Assembly: GCA_041879355.1 (NCBI GenBank)
Contig: CP089922.1
Coordinates: 462,172-526,171 of the forward strand
From: Cyanobacteria bacterium LVE1205-1
GTDB taxonomy: Bacteria > Cyanobacteriota > Cyanobacteriia > CAIUCS01
DNA length: 64,000 nt
Direction of reading: 5' to 3'
Positions 11,328 through 23,508 of this stretch are shown here, one piece after another. Position 1 is the stretch's first letter. Every line of letters begins with the position of its first letter. The notes under the pieces were generated by a model. The model was given only the letters and a program-made list of their open reading frames with translations. It did not search any database and was not told the DNA's origin. The translations under genes were made by a program, and so were the position numbers.

Positions 11328-12823
11328 TCACTGGGATGAGGTGGGTAGCCAGGTTACAACAGTGGTGCCGGGAGCAGTGGAACAACAAAGTTTGCCGGGA
11401 CTAAAAACTTGTAACGTGCCCCCCATTCGGCTCAAGAGTTGGTGGGCGATCGCCATCCCTAAACCAGTACCTGGAATATTACCTTGAGACTGTATACCCC
11501 GATAATAGGGCTCAAATAAATGGGGGAGGTCTTCCGGTGGAATCCCAGGACCGGTATCACTAATGGCCACTGCCAGAAAGAGGGGACTATTTTTGCCAGA
11601 TAATCCATCAGGATGACCAGATGCAGATTGGATTTGGATTAGACCATTAGTGGGGGTATATTTTAAGGCATTTTCTATCAGATTGTTCAGTACCTCACCC
11701 AAGGCTTTACCATTTACCTGCACATCGGGCAAACCTTGGGACAGACCAATTTCTAAGGTTACCCCCCGTTCTTGGGCGATGGCACCGGCAGTCATCAACA
11801 GGGGAGATAACACACTATCTAGATTGATGGGCATCGTGGTCAGAGAATTTCCACTCAGCCAATCAGTCACTAAATCAGGATTTTCTTCTGACTGCTCCCG
11901 TTCAGGTGAGGATGGCAACGGGTCTAGAAAGTTGGAATAATTTTGGAGTGACGGATTGAGCCGCAATGAAGATTTGATATCCACTGCTTCTTTAGTGACA
12001 TGCTCAATTTGGGTCAGTAGTTCTTGCAAACGTTCACTTTCCCGTACAATACTTACTGCCACTTCCTGGTTGGGGTCATAACTCACCAATCGCTTCATCA
12101 ACAGCTTGCCAAAGGTGCGTAAAGCAGTGAGAGGATTCCGAAATTGATGTAACAAGGCATCCATTAAAAAACGATGGTGGCGTTCTTGTGACTGCCGTTG
12201 ATCTCGGATTTCCATGAGCCACTGGGTACGCTGTTCCAAAACATATCCAAGGGCTAAAGTACGGGCAATATGGTCTACTTCCTTCCGTTCAGTAGGGTTC
12301 CAGGGTCGGTCATTTCGGCAACAGACCAGTAGTCCTTTAGCGGCACCCTCGTGTACTAAAGGGAGTACGATCTGGTGGTCAGGATTCACTGATTCATTCA
12401 GGTACGTCAGAGTTGACCCAGAAAGGGGCTCCACTGAATCTATATAAACTGGTTGTTCAGAATCTAATGAGGAGCCTGATTCCGGGTTCACTGACTGTTC
12501 CCGGTTCCAGGCAGAGGTGGGTAAAATTGAATCCACTGCCCTTTGGAGGGAGACAGGGGAACTTCCCGATAATGAATGGGTGGACGGGGCAGGGGGAAGG
12601 GGACGGAAGACAGGGGAAGGTAAGTTGGGGGGATCCAAGGATGGGTCACTGACCACTCAACAGCAGATTCAGGATGGACGATCAATGGAATTAATTCGGT
12701 ATCCCCTCCATTGACAAGGTCTTTCGCTAAATAAACAATACTGAACGAAGCCCCCAATCCTTGAGCCAAGATAACTTGCGATCGGCATAGGGAAATAAAT
12801 TCCGGGCTGGGGGTCAGTAGCAT
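11328..12823 (-). CDS. Sensor histidine kinase; frameshift at G6 run near 12638
   Basis: H-box region HRFLMDALLHQFRNPLTAL, C-terminal HATPase with GTGLGMAI; upstream ORF 12488..12823 continues the N-terminus in another frame. Confidence 0.75.
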
Positions 12824-13264
12824 GGGAATGAGGAAGAAAAGGGGTAAATCATTAAAGTCAGTGGGGAAGATGGGTATAAGGATGGGATTAAACGTGATTC
12901 TCCATCCTTATATCCATACTTCCCCTATCAATCCATGGTGAATGATTGCCAAACTAAAATAATGGGTAATTAAATGATACCAATCTTAGTGAACCCAGTC
13001 TTTACCGATTAGAAAAACTCCCAAGGGATTGTTCATTCCCTCCTGGGAGTGGGAACCATAGGGTTAGGTTCCCAGTACTTTTCTTTTGGGGGATGTCACC
13101 ACTCTCCTTCGTCCTTGATTGTATGTCCCCATAACTGGTACTAGACTCCATGGAAGGAAATAGTAGGATACACCTGGTGGTTCGTTGCCAACCTACGCCT
13201 TGGAAATGAAGAGTATCAGGATATAATCAAGAAAAAGAGTTCAAACCATTATCGGTACTCAGAG

Positions 13265-14310
13265 GTGTGGGTTACTTCTTCTTTCAATAACATTCGGGTT
13301 CCTACCATTACAGCACTGGGAAATTTTGATGGTATCCATCTAGGACATCGCCAAGTTATTCAGCCAGTCCTGCCCCGTGATCTCAATTCTGATCAACGGT
13401 GGGGAGACGAGAAAAATAGTGTTCCTGAGTCCATTGGTGAGCCCCCTTACTCCACTGTTCTTACATTTTCGCCCCATCCCCAAGAGTTTTTCTCCGGAAA
13501 ACCCCGGTTACTTTTATCACCGTTGACTGAGAAAATAAGGCAACTGGCATTCCTTGGCGTGGAACAATTGGTATTACTCCCCTTCAATCAAGAGTTATCC
13601 AACCTGACTCCCCAAGCCTTTGTGGAAACTATTTTATTGGATTTGCTTAAGTGTCAAAAAATTTCCATTGGAGAAGACTTTAGATTTGGGTATCAACGGA
13701 CAGGAACAGCAGCAGATTTAAGGGCGATCGCGGAACGTTTTGGTATTCCAGTTACCCTTGTTCCGCTCCATACCCACAATCAAGAACGAATTAGTAGTTC
13801 TGAAATCCGAGCAGCACTTGAATCTGGTCAATTGGAAAGGGTAAACTCCCTTTTAGGGCGTTCTTATACCATTCAAGGACAAGTAATACCAGGAAAACAA
13901 ATTGGGCGCACTTTAGGCTTCCCCACCGCAAACCTGAAAATCCCATCGGAAAAGTTTTTACCATGCTCAGGGGTATATTGTGTTTGGGTATGGGAGTTGA
14001 TGAATCTAACCACAGCATGGCACCAAGGTGATTCTTTCTCTATTCCTTATCACACCATGGCAACGGATGGGTGGGAACGACGACCAGGGGTGATGAATAT
14101 TGGATATCGTCCCACCCTGGGGGGACGCAACAGAGTATTGAAGTTCATTTATTAGATTGGACTGGAGACTTATACGGAAAAACATTGGTATTGAGTTTAG
14201 AAAAGTTTTTGCGCCCAGAACAAACGTTGTCATCATTACCCGCTCTTCGGAATCAAATTGCGGTTGATTGCCAAATTGCCCGTCATTTTTTTTCGCTTTC
14301 TTCTCGGTAA
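13265..14310 (+). CDS. ribF: Bifunctional riboflavin kinase / FAD synthetase RibF; frameshift at G6 run near 14118
   Basis: N-terminal GNFDGIHLGH; C-terminal riboflavin-kinase motifs (GFPTANL, EVHLLDWTGDLYGK) continue in the +1 frame. Confidence 0.85.
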
Positions 14311-14520
14311 TAAACGGTTACAACTAAACGATAGAAAAGTATTTGCAATGGAGACCCATTGGACATCCCGATGTATCCATTAATCATCATTCTTCATTCA
14401 TACAATCTGGCAGATTCAGGAGATAAAGTGGGATTATCGCACCCTTTATCTGGTAGCGTAGAATATATCTTCAGTTAAAAATATTAATCTAGGTTTAGTG
14501 AGTCCACTGGGAGAAATAGA

Positions 14521-14709
14521 ATGACATTTATTTTTCAACTTGCTTTATTTGCATTGGTTGTTATGTCTTTTGCCATGGTTGTTGGTGTACCCGTTGCCTA
14601 TGCTTCAACCGAAAACTGGGAGCAGTCCAAACGTTTAATTTTTCTTGGTTCGGGTATTTGGGTTGGGCTAGTGGTTATTGTTGGTGCCCTTAACTTCTTA
14701 GTGGTCTAG
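14521..14709 (+). CDS. psbZ: Photosystem II reaction centre protein Z (PsbZ/Ycf9)
   Basis: 62 aa, [29 protein letters not shown]...; two transmembrane helices. Confidence 0.9.
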   Translation: MTFIFQLALFALVVMSFAMVVGVPVAYASTENWEQSKRLIFLGSGIWVGLVVIVGALNFLVV

Positions 14710-14793
14710 AGGCAGTCACCCCAGATTGAGCCGTTACAGAATGGTGTGGGTAATCCCCACCATTATATTTCCCAGTCCTACCCCCAATCCCCC

Positions 14794-15384
14794 ATGTCTG
14801 TCTTTGAAGGAACTTTTTTATCCCCAGAATCTTTACGATTTGCCCTAGTCATTGGTCGATTTAACGACCTAGTTACTAACAAATTATTAGAAGCATGTCA
14901 GGATTGTTTGCGTCGGCATGGTGTAGACCCAAACCCCCATGGTAATCAAGTAGACTATGCTTGGGTGCCAGGGAGTTTCGAGATTCCCTTGGTTGCTCGA
15001 CAGCTTGCCCTAACCCATCGTTATGATGCCATTATTTGCTTAGGTGCAGTCATCCGTGGACAAACTCCCCATTTTGACTATGTGTCAGCCGAGGTGGCAA
15101 AGGGAGTGGCAGCAGCCAGTTTTCAAACAGGAGTACCAGTTATTTTTGGAGTGCTTACGGTTGACTCACTGCAGCAGGCATTGGAACGGGCTGGAATTAA
15201 GTCAAATCTGGGGTGGGAATATGCCATGAATGCAATTGAAATGGGGACTTTGATGCGCCAGATTCGTCAACTTCCAAATCACTCCATGGCTGATAATCAG
15301 GCGATCGCTCCTGGAAATTTTTTATCTCACCAAGACAATACAACACAATTGTCATCAGGATTTATCCCAGGTTCAGCCTCATAA
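14794..15384 (+). CDS. ribH: 6,7-dimethyl-8-ribityllumazine synthase RibH, with an unusual ~45-aa C-terminal tail
   Basis: [36 protein letters not shown] lumazine synthase motifs; start placed at ATG 14794. Confidence 0.85.
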   Translation: MSVFEGTFLSPESLRFALVIGRFNDLVTNKLLEACQDCLRRHGVDPNPHGNQVDYAWVPGSFEIPLVARQLALTHRYDAIICLGAVIRGQTPHFDYVSAEVAKGVAAASFQTGVPVIFGVLTVDSLQQALERAGIKSNLGWEYAMNAIEMGTLMRQIRQLPNHSMADNQAIAPGNFLSHQDNTTQLSSGFIPGSAS

Positions 15385-15561
15385 CTTAACACAACTTAAT
15401 GATTGATTCGTTACTGAACGTCAGTGAAGGATTAAAGTATTACCTATAAATCAGGTTGCCAGGATTTGAGTCCTGTTTCAATGGTTTGGTATAAGGCAAC
15501 TCATCACAAAACTAGAAGAACCAGTTATGCTAACGTTGTCAACTAGACACAGGTTATTCCC

Positions 15562-16326
15562 ATGCCTTCTGCCAAAATCCTAATTGTTGACGATGAGCCG
15601 GCAATTCTTAATCTGATTCAACGCTTTCTGTCAAAACAGTCAGAAGAATCGGGTGAACTAAAGTATCAGGTTGAATCTGCTAAAGATAGTACTACTGCCT
15701 TGATTGTTTTTGAACAATTTAACCCGGATCTGGTCATATTGGATGTGAACCTGCCGGATGGCAATGGCTATTTATTATGTGAAGAAATGCAAAGACGTAC
15801 GGGGGTTTTTGTTCTAATGTTAACCAGTCGTACAGATTCATCCGATAAGGTGACTGGTTTTTCTAAAGGGGCAGACGATTATTTTACCAAACCATTTGAC
15901 CTAGAAGAATTAAAGTACAGGGTTGAAGCAATTCTGAAACGACAACGAATGATTGCCCCGTCTGAACCCCAATGCCTCAGATATGGTCCTTTAGCCATTG
16001 ATCCAGTCCGACGGGAAGTAACCTTAGATCATCAATTGATTGGTTTAACTGCCCTTGAATTTAATTTATTATATTTCTTAGCCAGTGAACCAGGGCGAGT
16101 TTGGCAGCGGTCAGAACTAATTGAAAAAGTATGGAAGTTTGATTATGTAGGGAATGACCAACGGGTAGTGGATGTACATATTGGTCAAATCCGTAAAAAA
16201 ATTGAAGGGAATTTGGCACAGCCTTCGATGATTCATACCGTGCGCGGAGTGGGGTATAAGTTTGAATTGACTTCCATCGATCGGACGACCACGTCTTCAG
16301 TGATTTCTCCATCGGAAAAGTTGTAA
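15562..16326 (+). CDS. OmpR-family two-component response regulator
   Basis: Receiver domain (ILIVDDE, phospho-acceptor D in LVILDVNLPDGNG) plus winged-helix C-terminus (VHIGQIRKKIE...TVRGVGYKF). Confidence 0.85.
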   Translation: MPSAKILIVDDEPAILNLIQRFLSKQSEESGELKYQVESAKDSTTALIVFEQFNPDLVILDVNLPDGNGYLLCEEMQRRTGVFVLMLTSRTDSSDKVTGFSKGADDYFTKPFDLEELKYRVEAILKRQRMIAPSEPQCLRYGPLAIDPVRREVTLDHQLIGLTALEFNLLYFLASEPGRVWQRSELIEKVWKFDYVGNDQRVVDVHIGQIRKKIEGNLAQPSMIHTVRGVGYKFELTSIDRTTTSSVISPSEKL

Positions 16327-16349
16327 CGAGCCAAGTACATCTGACAAAA

Positions 16350-17639
16350 CTAACCATTTCCTTGCAAGATGTACTTAACGGTGGTTAAAGCCTCTAATCC
16401 AATTAATCCCCTACGGTATCCTTTCTGGTTAGAAATACCTAACGCGATGGCTCGTCCACCCTTAGGGTTACGATAAAACCGCGGAGACGCATTAATATAC
16501 GAAAATGCAGCGATTATTCCAGTTGCAAATTGACGACTTTCCTGATAAGACTCTGTTGCTAAACAATCAGCATGACCGCTACTATGGGAATTCATCCAAG
16601 CGATAGCCCCATCTAATGAGTCAATCCACTTAAAGGCAACTATCTTTTTAAAGTAGGGCTCCGTCCATTCATTAGTCTTGGTCAGGGATACATCAGGAAA
16701 TTCCGATACCAACTCCTCATCTCCCCGAATTACAAAGCCTTTTTCCCTTAGACTATTCCATAACATAGATAAAACAGTATGATTAAGGGTGGGATCGAGT
16801 AAAACTTTTTCAATTGCATTAACTCGGTCGGGTTCTCCTTGGTGACTATCCAAAATCATAAAACGAACCAAATCAAAACTAGCTGAAGCTGACCAATAGA
16901 GATAACAGTTTCCAATGCCAGGTTTTAAGACCGGAGTAGCCGCTTGACGCATCACCTGTTGAACTAGGCTAGGACGACCATAGGGAATTACTAGGTTAAT
17001 ATACTGATCCTGGATAATCAAATCTCGGGTGGAAGTACCTTGTTCGGTGGTCAACAATTGCAAACACGTTGGAGAAAATCCTGCCCCATCCAAACTAGTT
17101 TGTAAAATTTCAGCAATTATTCCGTTAGTATGGGCAGCCTCTGTTCCACCCCGTAGGATCACGCTATTACCTGTTTTAAGGCAAAGACCTGCAACAATCG
17201 CCCCCAGTTCAGGAAAAGATTCATAAATGAGGGCAATAACCCCCAGTGGTACTAATTGAGTATATGTTTGACATTGATCCACCTGATAGATGGAGTTCAT
17301 AATCGGTTGAGTTGGATCCGATAATTCACCCAATCGCTGCAAAATTTGAACTGTTGCCTGGATTCGTTCTGGGGTCAACTTTAACCAATCAACTAACAGT
17401 TCAGGCACTGCCATCTCCCGACTAGCTTCTAGGTCTAGCGTATTTGCTTCAAGAATGGCATTCTGATGCTTCTTAATCGCTGATGCCATTAGATGTAAAG
17501 CATGGTTGCGATCCACTCCTTTACTTTTAGCTAAATCCGTAGCGGTTTCGTAGGCGGTACGAGTCACACTGGCAATGACTTCTGACCCTACAGTAAAATC
17601 TGCCTTCATAACTTCAACATGAATAGGAAAGCTAAACAA
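16350..17639 (-). CDS. Gamma-glutamyl phosphate reductase (ProA)-like protein, apparently lacking the catalytic Cys
   Basis: ProA-like motifs (GVIALIYES, LKTGNSVILRGG, NASPRF...GLEALTT); the position of the catalytic Cys reads VNAIEKVLL. Confidence 0.6.
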   Translation of the reverse strand: MFSFPIHVEVMKADFTVGSEVIASVTRTAYETATDLAKSKGVDRNHALHLMASAIKKHQNAILEANTLDLEASREMAVPELLVDWLKLTPERIQATVQILQRLGELSDPTQPIMNSIYQVDQCQTYTQLVPLGVIALIYESFPELGAIVAGLCLKTGNSVILRGGTEAAHTNGIIAEILQTSLDGAGFSPTCLQLLTTEQGTSTRDLIIQDQYINLVIPYGRPSLVQQVMRQAATPVLKPGIGNCYLYWSASASFDLVRFMILDSHQGEPDRVNAIEKVLLDPTLNHTVLSMLWNSLREKGFVIRGDEELVSEFPDVSLTKTNEWTEPYFKKIVAFKWIDSLDGAIAWMNSHSSGHADCLATESYQESRQFATGIIAAFSYINASPRFYRNPKGGRAIALGISNQKGYRRGLIGLEALTTVKYILQGNG

Positions 17640-17986
17640 GTTAATGGAGGTATTACCGCCATTTCAAGAATCAGAGAAGTGAATGGTAATATAATATAGG
17701 CTAAAAAATAATTCACCCATTTCCTTGGCTAAAGCCGAGAGGATTCTAAAGCCAAAGGGTGATTGTGGCGTAGCCCGTCTTACAGTATCGAACCGAACGA
17801 TCAATCCCTCGACAATGTATTCTTAGTGTAGCTTCTTATGCCCTCAAGGGCAGAGCTTTCAACCCATTATTTTTGGTAATCTATGGTTTTTCCTAGTTGT
17901 AAGGCATGATTTATCATCCTATCTTGTTGAATACATCCCCCGTTATGTAGCCTTTCTCGAGAAACCTGAGTCAAACAAGTGCAATT

Positions 17987-18525
17987 ATGTCCAACATCAA
18001 AACTATTTTGCCTGAACGTTTCCCTGAAGAAGATCATCCATCTAACCCCCATCATTCTACTCATGTTGTCATTCATACCGACGGCAGTTGTATTGGAAAT
18101 CCTGGACCGGGGGGATGGGCAGCAATTTTACAATGGGGTTCCCATCGTCGTGAAATTAGCGGACGGTTCAGGGAAACAACTAATAACCGCATGGAACTTT
18201 GGGGGCGATCGCAGCATTGGAAGTTCTTACCCAGCCTTGCAACATTGACCTTTACACCGATAGTTCCTATGTTCGGGACGGAATTACCCGATGGATTAAA
18301 GGGTGGAAGAAAAATGGTTGGCGAACTGCGAATAAACAACAGGTTAAAAACCGAGACCTATGGGAACGATTACTATGTGCCCTAGAACGACATCAATTCA
18401 GTCAGACGGTCACATGGCATTGGGTTAAAGGTCATGCAGGGGTTTCATTAAACGAAGAAGTTGATCAATTAGCAAATCATGCAGCTCGTTCCGTAACTAA
18501 CAATGACCCTGTGGATCAGGGTTAA
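17987..18525 (+). CDS. rnhA: Ribonuclease HI; frameshift at G5 run near 18205
   Basis: [28 protein letters not shown] then AIAALEVL in next frame, [16 protein letters not shown]. Confidence 0.85.
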
Positions 18526-18561
18526 TAGATTGAATGACCCAATTATAACTATAAACAAAAA

Positions 18562-18634
18562 TGGAGGTTAGCGGACTCGAACCGCTGACATCCTGCTTGC
18601 AAAGCAGGCGCTCTACCAACTGAGCTAAACCCCC
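18562..18634 (-). tRNA. tRNA-Ala (anticodon TGC)
   Basis: Reverse complement folds as a 73-nt cloverleaf: acceptor GGGGGTT with G3:U70, D-arm AGCTCAGTTGGTAGAGC, anticodon loop TTTGCAA, T-arm GGTTCGAGTCC. Confidence 0.95.
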
Positions 18635-18804
18635 GCCTCCCCTAAATACTATAGTAATCCTAAGCGATGAGAATTAACAATTTTCTTGAAAAAAATTTGA
18701 AAAAAATTTGTCGGTACCCTTTGATTCCCTTTCCCCTCCATGAAAGATGGTAATACTTAGTCTTTGTCTTAAAGCCCTTTAGTCCTTGTTTTATCATAAA
18801 ACCC

Positions 18805-19554
18805 ATGGTTATCGTAGCCAGCTTTTACAAATTTTTCCCCTTTCCTGACTCCATTCACCTCAGATCCGCTTGGCTCGCTTACTGTCAGGTTCAACAGATT
18901 CGGGGTACCATCCTCATGGCTCCGGAGGGGATTAATGCCACTATTTCAGGAAGTCGTGATGCAATCAATCAGGTGCTTCAGTATATTTGCAGCCATCCCG
19001 GTTTAAGTACATTAAAGCATCAGGAAAGTGTTTGGAATGTTCATCCCTTTGATCAGTTAAAGGTTAAGTTTAAACAAGAAATTGTTACCTTAGGAATGCC
19101 CACAGTTGATCCTAGTCAAGGTACCGGTGAGTTTGTTCATCCTTCAGATTGGAATGCTATTTTGACTGATCCAACTGTCACCGTGGTTGATACTCGTAAT
19201 ATCCATGAAGTGGAAATGGGTACTTTTTTTGGGGCAATCAATCCACAAATGTTTTGTTTTCGTCAGTTTCCCTATTATGCTAAGCAACAGTTAATGCCGT
19301 TGCAGTCAAAAAAAGTTGCTATGTTTTGTACCGGAGGAATCCGATGTGAAAAAGCCTCGTCCTATTTATTAAAGGAAGGTTTTAAACAGGTGTATCAATT
19401 AGACGGTGGCATTATTCATTATTTACAAACAGTCTCAAAATCAGACAGTCTTTGGCACGGGGATTGTTTCGTTTTCGACCAGCGCAATCATCTTAATCTT
19501 GAGCATAGGTCAACTTGGTTTGGGGTAAGTAGCCTTCCAAATCTGGTTAACTGA
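18805..19554 (+). CDS. trhO: Rhodanese-domain protein, tRNA uridine(34) hydroxylase TrhO-like (UPF0176)
   Basis: N-terminal VASFYKF, rhodanese active-site CTGGIRCEK. Confidence 0.7.
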   Translation: MVIVASFYKFFPFPDSIHLRSAWLAYCQVQQIRGTILMAPEGINATISGSRDAINQVLQYICSHPGLSTLKHQESVWNVHPFDQLKVKFKQEIVTLGMPTVDPSQGTGEFVHPSDWNAILTDPTVTVVDTRNIHEVEMGTFFGAINPQMFCFRQFPYYAKQQLMPLQSKKVAMFCTGGIRCEKASSYLLKEGFKQVYQLDGGIIHYLQTVSKSDSLWHGDCFVFDQRNHLNLEHRSTWFGVSSLPNLVN

Positions 19555-19606
19555 CAAAAGTTGTACGCCCTCACCCCTAACCCCTCTCCCAGGGGGCGAG
19601 GGTGGA
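19546..19606. repeat. Repeat family B, truncated copy (left half of the element at 40930..41077)
   Basis: CTGACAAAAGTTGTACGCCCTCACCCCTAACCCCTCTCCCAGGGGGCGAGGG nearly identical to 40933..40984. Confidence 0.75.
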
Positions 19607-19647
19607 AGTAGTTCCATTTCTGTTAAGATATGTGTGCGCTTGCCCTG

Positions 19648-21030
19648 CTATAAACCGAGTATAGCCAGGTTACCAATGTCAAAAAGACCAGCCATACAAC
19701 CAATCATTAATGTAGCTAAAGTTGCTGCCCACAGAGCTTTCCATCCAATTTCAACTATTTCAGACTTACGTTGAGGAACCAACCCTACCAGCCCCCCCAC
19801 AAATATACCAACCGAAGGAATATGGGTAAAACCGCAAAGGGCATAACTCAAGATTAATAGGGCGCGATGACTCAATACCCCTTGATTGGACAAATTAGCC
19901 AATTGTAAATAAGCAGGGATTTCAGTTTCTAATACCCTTTGTCCTAGTAACACAGCCCCAGCCCAAAGTTCAGTCCATTGGAATGAGATTCCTAGACAAA
20001 AGGTCAAGGGTAAAAAGAAAACCCCCAATATGTTTTGAATGCTAACTACTTGGAAAAAATTACCGATGAACTGTAACCCTACGTTAGGGCTTTGTGCTAA
20101 GGAAGCAAAGTTAAGGAAAACCAGATTGACTAAGGACACCAATCCAAGGACTGCAATCAAAATGGCGGCGATTGTAACAGCCAGTTTAACTCCTTCCATG
20201 GCTCCTTCAATCACACTGTCCATGGGGCTAATCCGTAGAGTATCCAAACTGTTTTCATCAATTTCTGGTGGTAAACTTCCCAATGTTTGAGGCAACTCTC
20301 GTTCTGGTACTAATAGTTTAGACATGACAAAACAGGCAGGAATCGCCATAAATGAAGCAGATATTAAATGTCCGGTAATCCCGGGAAAGACCGGTCTTAA
20401 AATACTTGAATAAAGTGCCAATACTGTAGATGCGATGCTTCCCATGCCAGATGCTAAAATGGTGCATAATTCACTACGGGTCATGGCAGATAAAAATGGT
20501 CTGACGACTAAGACTGATTCAATACCAACAAAAATATTCGCTGCTCCACTCAATGATTCTGCCCCGCTTAAGTACATTGAACGACAAAATACATGGGCAC
20601 AAAAATTAATGATGGGTTGTATGACCCTCAAATGATAGAGCAACGCAATGAAAGAAGAAAAAAAGATAACGGACGGCAGTGCTCTAAATGCAAAAATATA
20701 CCCTAAACTAATGTGATCTGGGCTGAGGCGATCGCCCGGAATGGGTACATAAGGGGAGGTCAAGGCTCGGGCAATCCAGCGACCTGCTAAAACTGGACCA
20801 GGGGTAATAGTTGGATTAGGAACCAATAGAGAGCCAAAGACAAACCGCGAACCAGCCTCTGCTGAGTCTAAAACTGCATTAACACCATTATTCAGTGCTG
20901 AAAATAGGATACGAGTTGGCGGTACAGTAAATACCAGAAGTGCTAAAACAAACTGGATACCAATGCCCCAGGCAATTACACGCCAAGGGGGCGGCTGCGA
21001 TCCTCCGAACCTAACCATGCAATTCCACAA
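19648..21030 (-). CDS. Concentrative nucleoside transporter, NupC/CNT family
   Basis: 460-aa polytopic membrane protein with FVFGSLL motif; true start may be downstream of 21030. Confidence 0.6.
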   Translation of the reverse strand: MWNCMVRFGGSQPPPWRVIAWGIGIQFVLALLVFTVPPTRILFSALNNGVNAVLDSAEAGSRFVFGSLLVPNPTITPGPVLAGRWIARALTSPYVPIPGDRLSPDHISLGYIFAFRALPSVIFFSSFIALLYHLRVIQPIINFCAHVFCRSMYLSGAESLSGAANIFVGIESVLVVRPFLSAMTRSELCTILASGMGSIASTVLALYSSILRPVFPGITGHLISASFMAIPACFVMSKLLVPERELPQTLGSLPPEIDENSLDTLRISPMDSVIEGAMEGVKLAVTIAAILIAVLGLVSLVNLVFLNFASLAQSPNVGLQFIGNFFQVVSIQNILGVFFLPLTFCLGISFQWTELWAGAVLLGQRVLETEIPAYLQLANLSNQGVLSHRALLILSYALCGFTHIPSVGIFVGGLVGLVPQRKSEIVEIGWKALWAATLATLMIGCMAGLFDIGNLAILGL

Positions 21031-21238
21031 AGCAGTACAATCCCTAGTGCTGAAATTAGATTTAAACCCAAGTTCATAGTAGTCTCCGGAACATCTAACC
21101 CCATTTAGATAGTTTATTCACTGTTTCTGGTATTATCCTATTTTCCCAAGAGCAAGCTTGAAAATACAGCAGAAATAATGGGTTAAGGCTTAATGCCTAA
21201 CCCATCCTACCGTATTGTATAGACTTAGGTTGGTAACC

Positions 21239-21721
21239 CTAAGGAGCGGTGGGCTGAGCAGCCAATAACTGCTTCAATTTCTCTAATTCTTGTGCCCAGC
21301 GAGGGTCTGGTTGATGATTTTCAGGAGCAGGTGAAGGACTACTTCCCAGAGAGTGAGGCTTCTTAGACTTCTGCTTCCGGCGATTACCACCTCCATTACT
21401 GGAAGGGGTGGCAGTGGGGATGGCGGATTCAGCTTCTTGTACACCCCCTTCATCTTCCCCCGACTTACCCTTAGTTCGAGGCAATGCCTTTTCAAGTTTG
21501 ATGGTGCTATCTTTGAGAACCAACCCATTATACTTGGCAATCAACTCATCGGCTTGCTCATCAGTCTTCACCGTTACAAAGCCAAAACCCCTACATTTAC
21601 CAGTCTTGCGATCGGTAATTACTTTAGTAGAAACGGTTTCAGATTCATCAGCAAACAAGGTTTCCAGCTCTTGACGCTCCAACTCTTTAGGTAGATTGCC
21701 AATGTAAAGACGAATAGACAT
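21239..21721 (-). CDS. RRM-domain RNA-binding protein
   Basis: RNP2 LYIGNL and RNP1 CRGFGFVT motifs; long AT-rich 5' leader region 21722..22287. Confidence 0.85.
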   Translation of the reverse strand: MSIRLYIGNLPKELERQELETLFADESETVSTKVITDRKTGKCRGFGFVTVKTDEQADELIAKYNGLVLKDSTIKLEKALPRTKGKSGEDEGGVQEAESAIPTATPSSNGGGNRRKQKSKKPHSLGSSPSPAPENHQPDPRWAQELEKLKQLLAAQPTAP

Positions 21722-22287
21722 ATTTGAGAAGACCTCCGACTAGATTCAGTACAGTATTCAGTACAGTATTGACTGTGTGATTAACAAAAAAGAAGATGCT
21801 AGGTATACTTGCATCATTCCAGATAAAGCGCATTGTTATAGTTAACCTTAGAGATTGAGGCGACAAAAAAGTTTAAGTAGATTAACTTCATTATTTTCTA
21901 AAGTAATTTTGTAATGAGCGTGAACATTTACAATTTAATGGATAAGCCAAGTGTACGTAATTTAAAATTTAACAAATTATAACTTTCAAGTATTACATTT
22001 TAACTAATTCTCTCACGAATCATATCATTCACATCATCTAATTTACCATAGTTGGGAGTTCTTTAAAGAATCCGAACAAAATTATTCTCCATACTCAATC
22101 AGTCATTCATCTTGACGGAATAAACCACTTCTGACAAAGATGACCCATCGGAAATGCCCAGATTGGAGATCATCACACTCCTAGTGTTCTTCAATCCAGA
22201 TCGAACAAACCCTTTGATGAATTGCTGTTAACAGATAACCTAGGATCATCCAACGTATCTTAAAATACCGAACCCTCCTTCAATAAT

Positions 22288-23465
22288 TTATAAAACAGCG
22301 GCTATCCTATCAACCACGTGCTCTAGCACCTCTGGTTCATGTACCAAGGCAAACCGCACAAACCCCTCGCCAGATTTTCCAAACCCGGCACCTGGAGAAA
22401 CGGCAACCCCTGTATTTTCAACTAGATAGGTACAAAATTCCAGTGATCTGTTTTCCCACTTTGACGGCAGCTTTGCCCAAATATACATGGTGGCCTTCGG
22501 GATAGGAACTTGCCAGCCAATTCGACTTAATGCCTGGATAAAGGCATCCCGACGACGACGAAAAACTTCTGTGGATCGACCCACTCCCCCTTGAGGACCT
22601 GTTAAGGCAGCGATCGCCCCTTGTAAAATTCCTTGGTACTGGTTAAAGTCCACCATTGCTTTAATATTGCGTAAAGCCAAAATTAATTCACGATTTCCGA
22701 TGGCGTAACCCACTCGGAATCCACCCATGTTATAGGACTTAGATAAGCTAAAAAATTCAATCGAAACAGTTTTCTGGGGATCTGCCTGGAGAATCGATGG
22801 TGCAACCTGGGTTTGATGAACAGTAGGGTCAAAGATGAGATCGACATAGGGGAAATCATGGACAAGAGCTAAGTTGTGACGTTGACAAAACTCGACTGCA
22901 GATTGAAAAAAGCTAAGGGAAGCAATGGCAGTGGTGGGATTGTGGGGATAACTGAGTACCATCATGCGGGACTGCTCCAGAACCGCTATGGGAATTTCGG
23001 TAAAAACCGGCAAATAGCCGTTTTCTTCCCGTAACGTCATGGGATACATTTGACCGCCCGCCAGCAGAACCCCCCCATATGGGATGGATACCCCGGATCC
23101 GTTAACAGGGCAAAATCACCAGGATCTAGTAATGCAAGGGGTAGATGGGCTGTCCCTTCTTGGGAACCAATTAACGGTAATACTTCAGTTTCAGGATCTA
23201 CGGAAATCCCAAATTTTTGGGTATACCAATTTGCGGCGGCGGTTCGGAATGGGCGAGTTCCATGGAATAGCAGGTAACCATGGGTGCTAGCATCTGGCAG
23301 TGATTGGGCGATGGCATCCAGCACATGAGGCTCCACTGGTAAATCCGAGGAACCCAAGGATAAATCAATTACATCCAGTCCCCCAGCCTTCGCCCGCGCC
23401 TTAGCTTGATCCATATCGGCAAATACATTGGAGCGGAGGGGTGCTAAACGTTGGGCAAATTTCAT
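22288..23465 (-). CDS. PLP-dependent class I/II aminotransferase (AspC/DapL-like); frameshift at a 7-nt C/G run 23070..23076
   Basis: N-terminal ORF 23037..23465 and C-terminal ORF 22288..23049; reading across the homopolymer gives ...HMGG|VLLAGGQMYPMTLREENGYLPVF; SYPHNPT region present. Confidence 0.8.
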
Positions 23466-23508
23466 GGTGGTCGCAAGTGGGGTGGAATTGGTTACACAAA
23501 AATCTACA

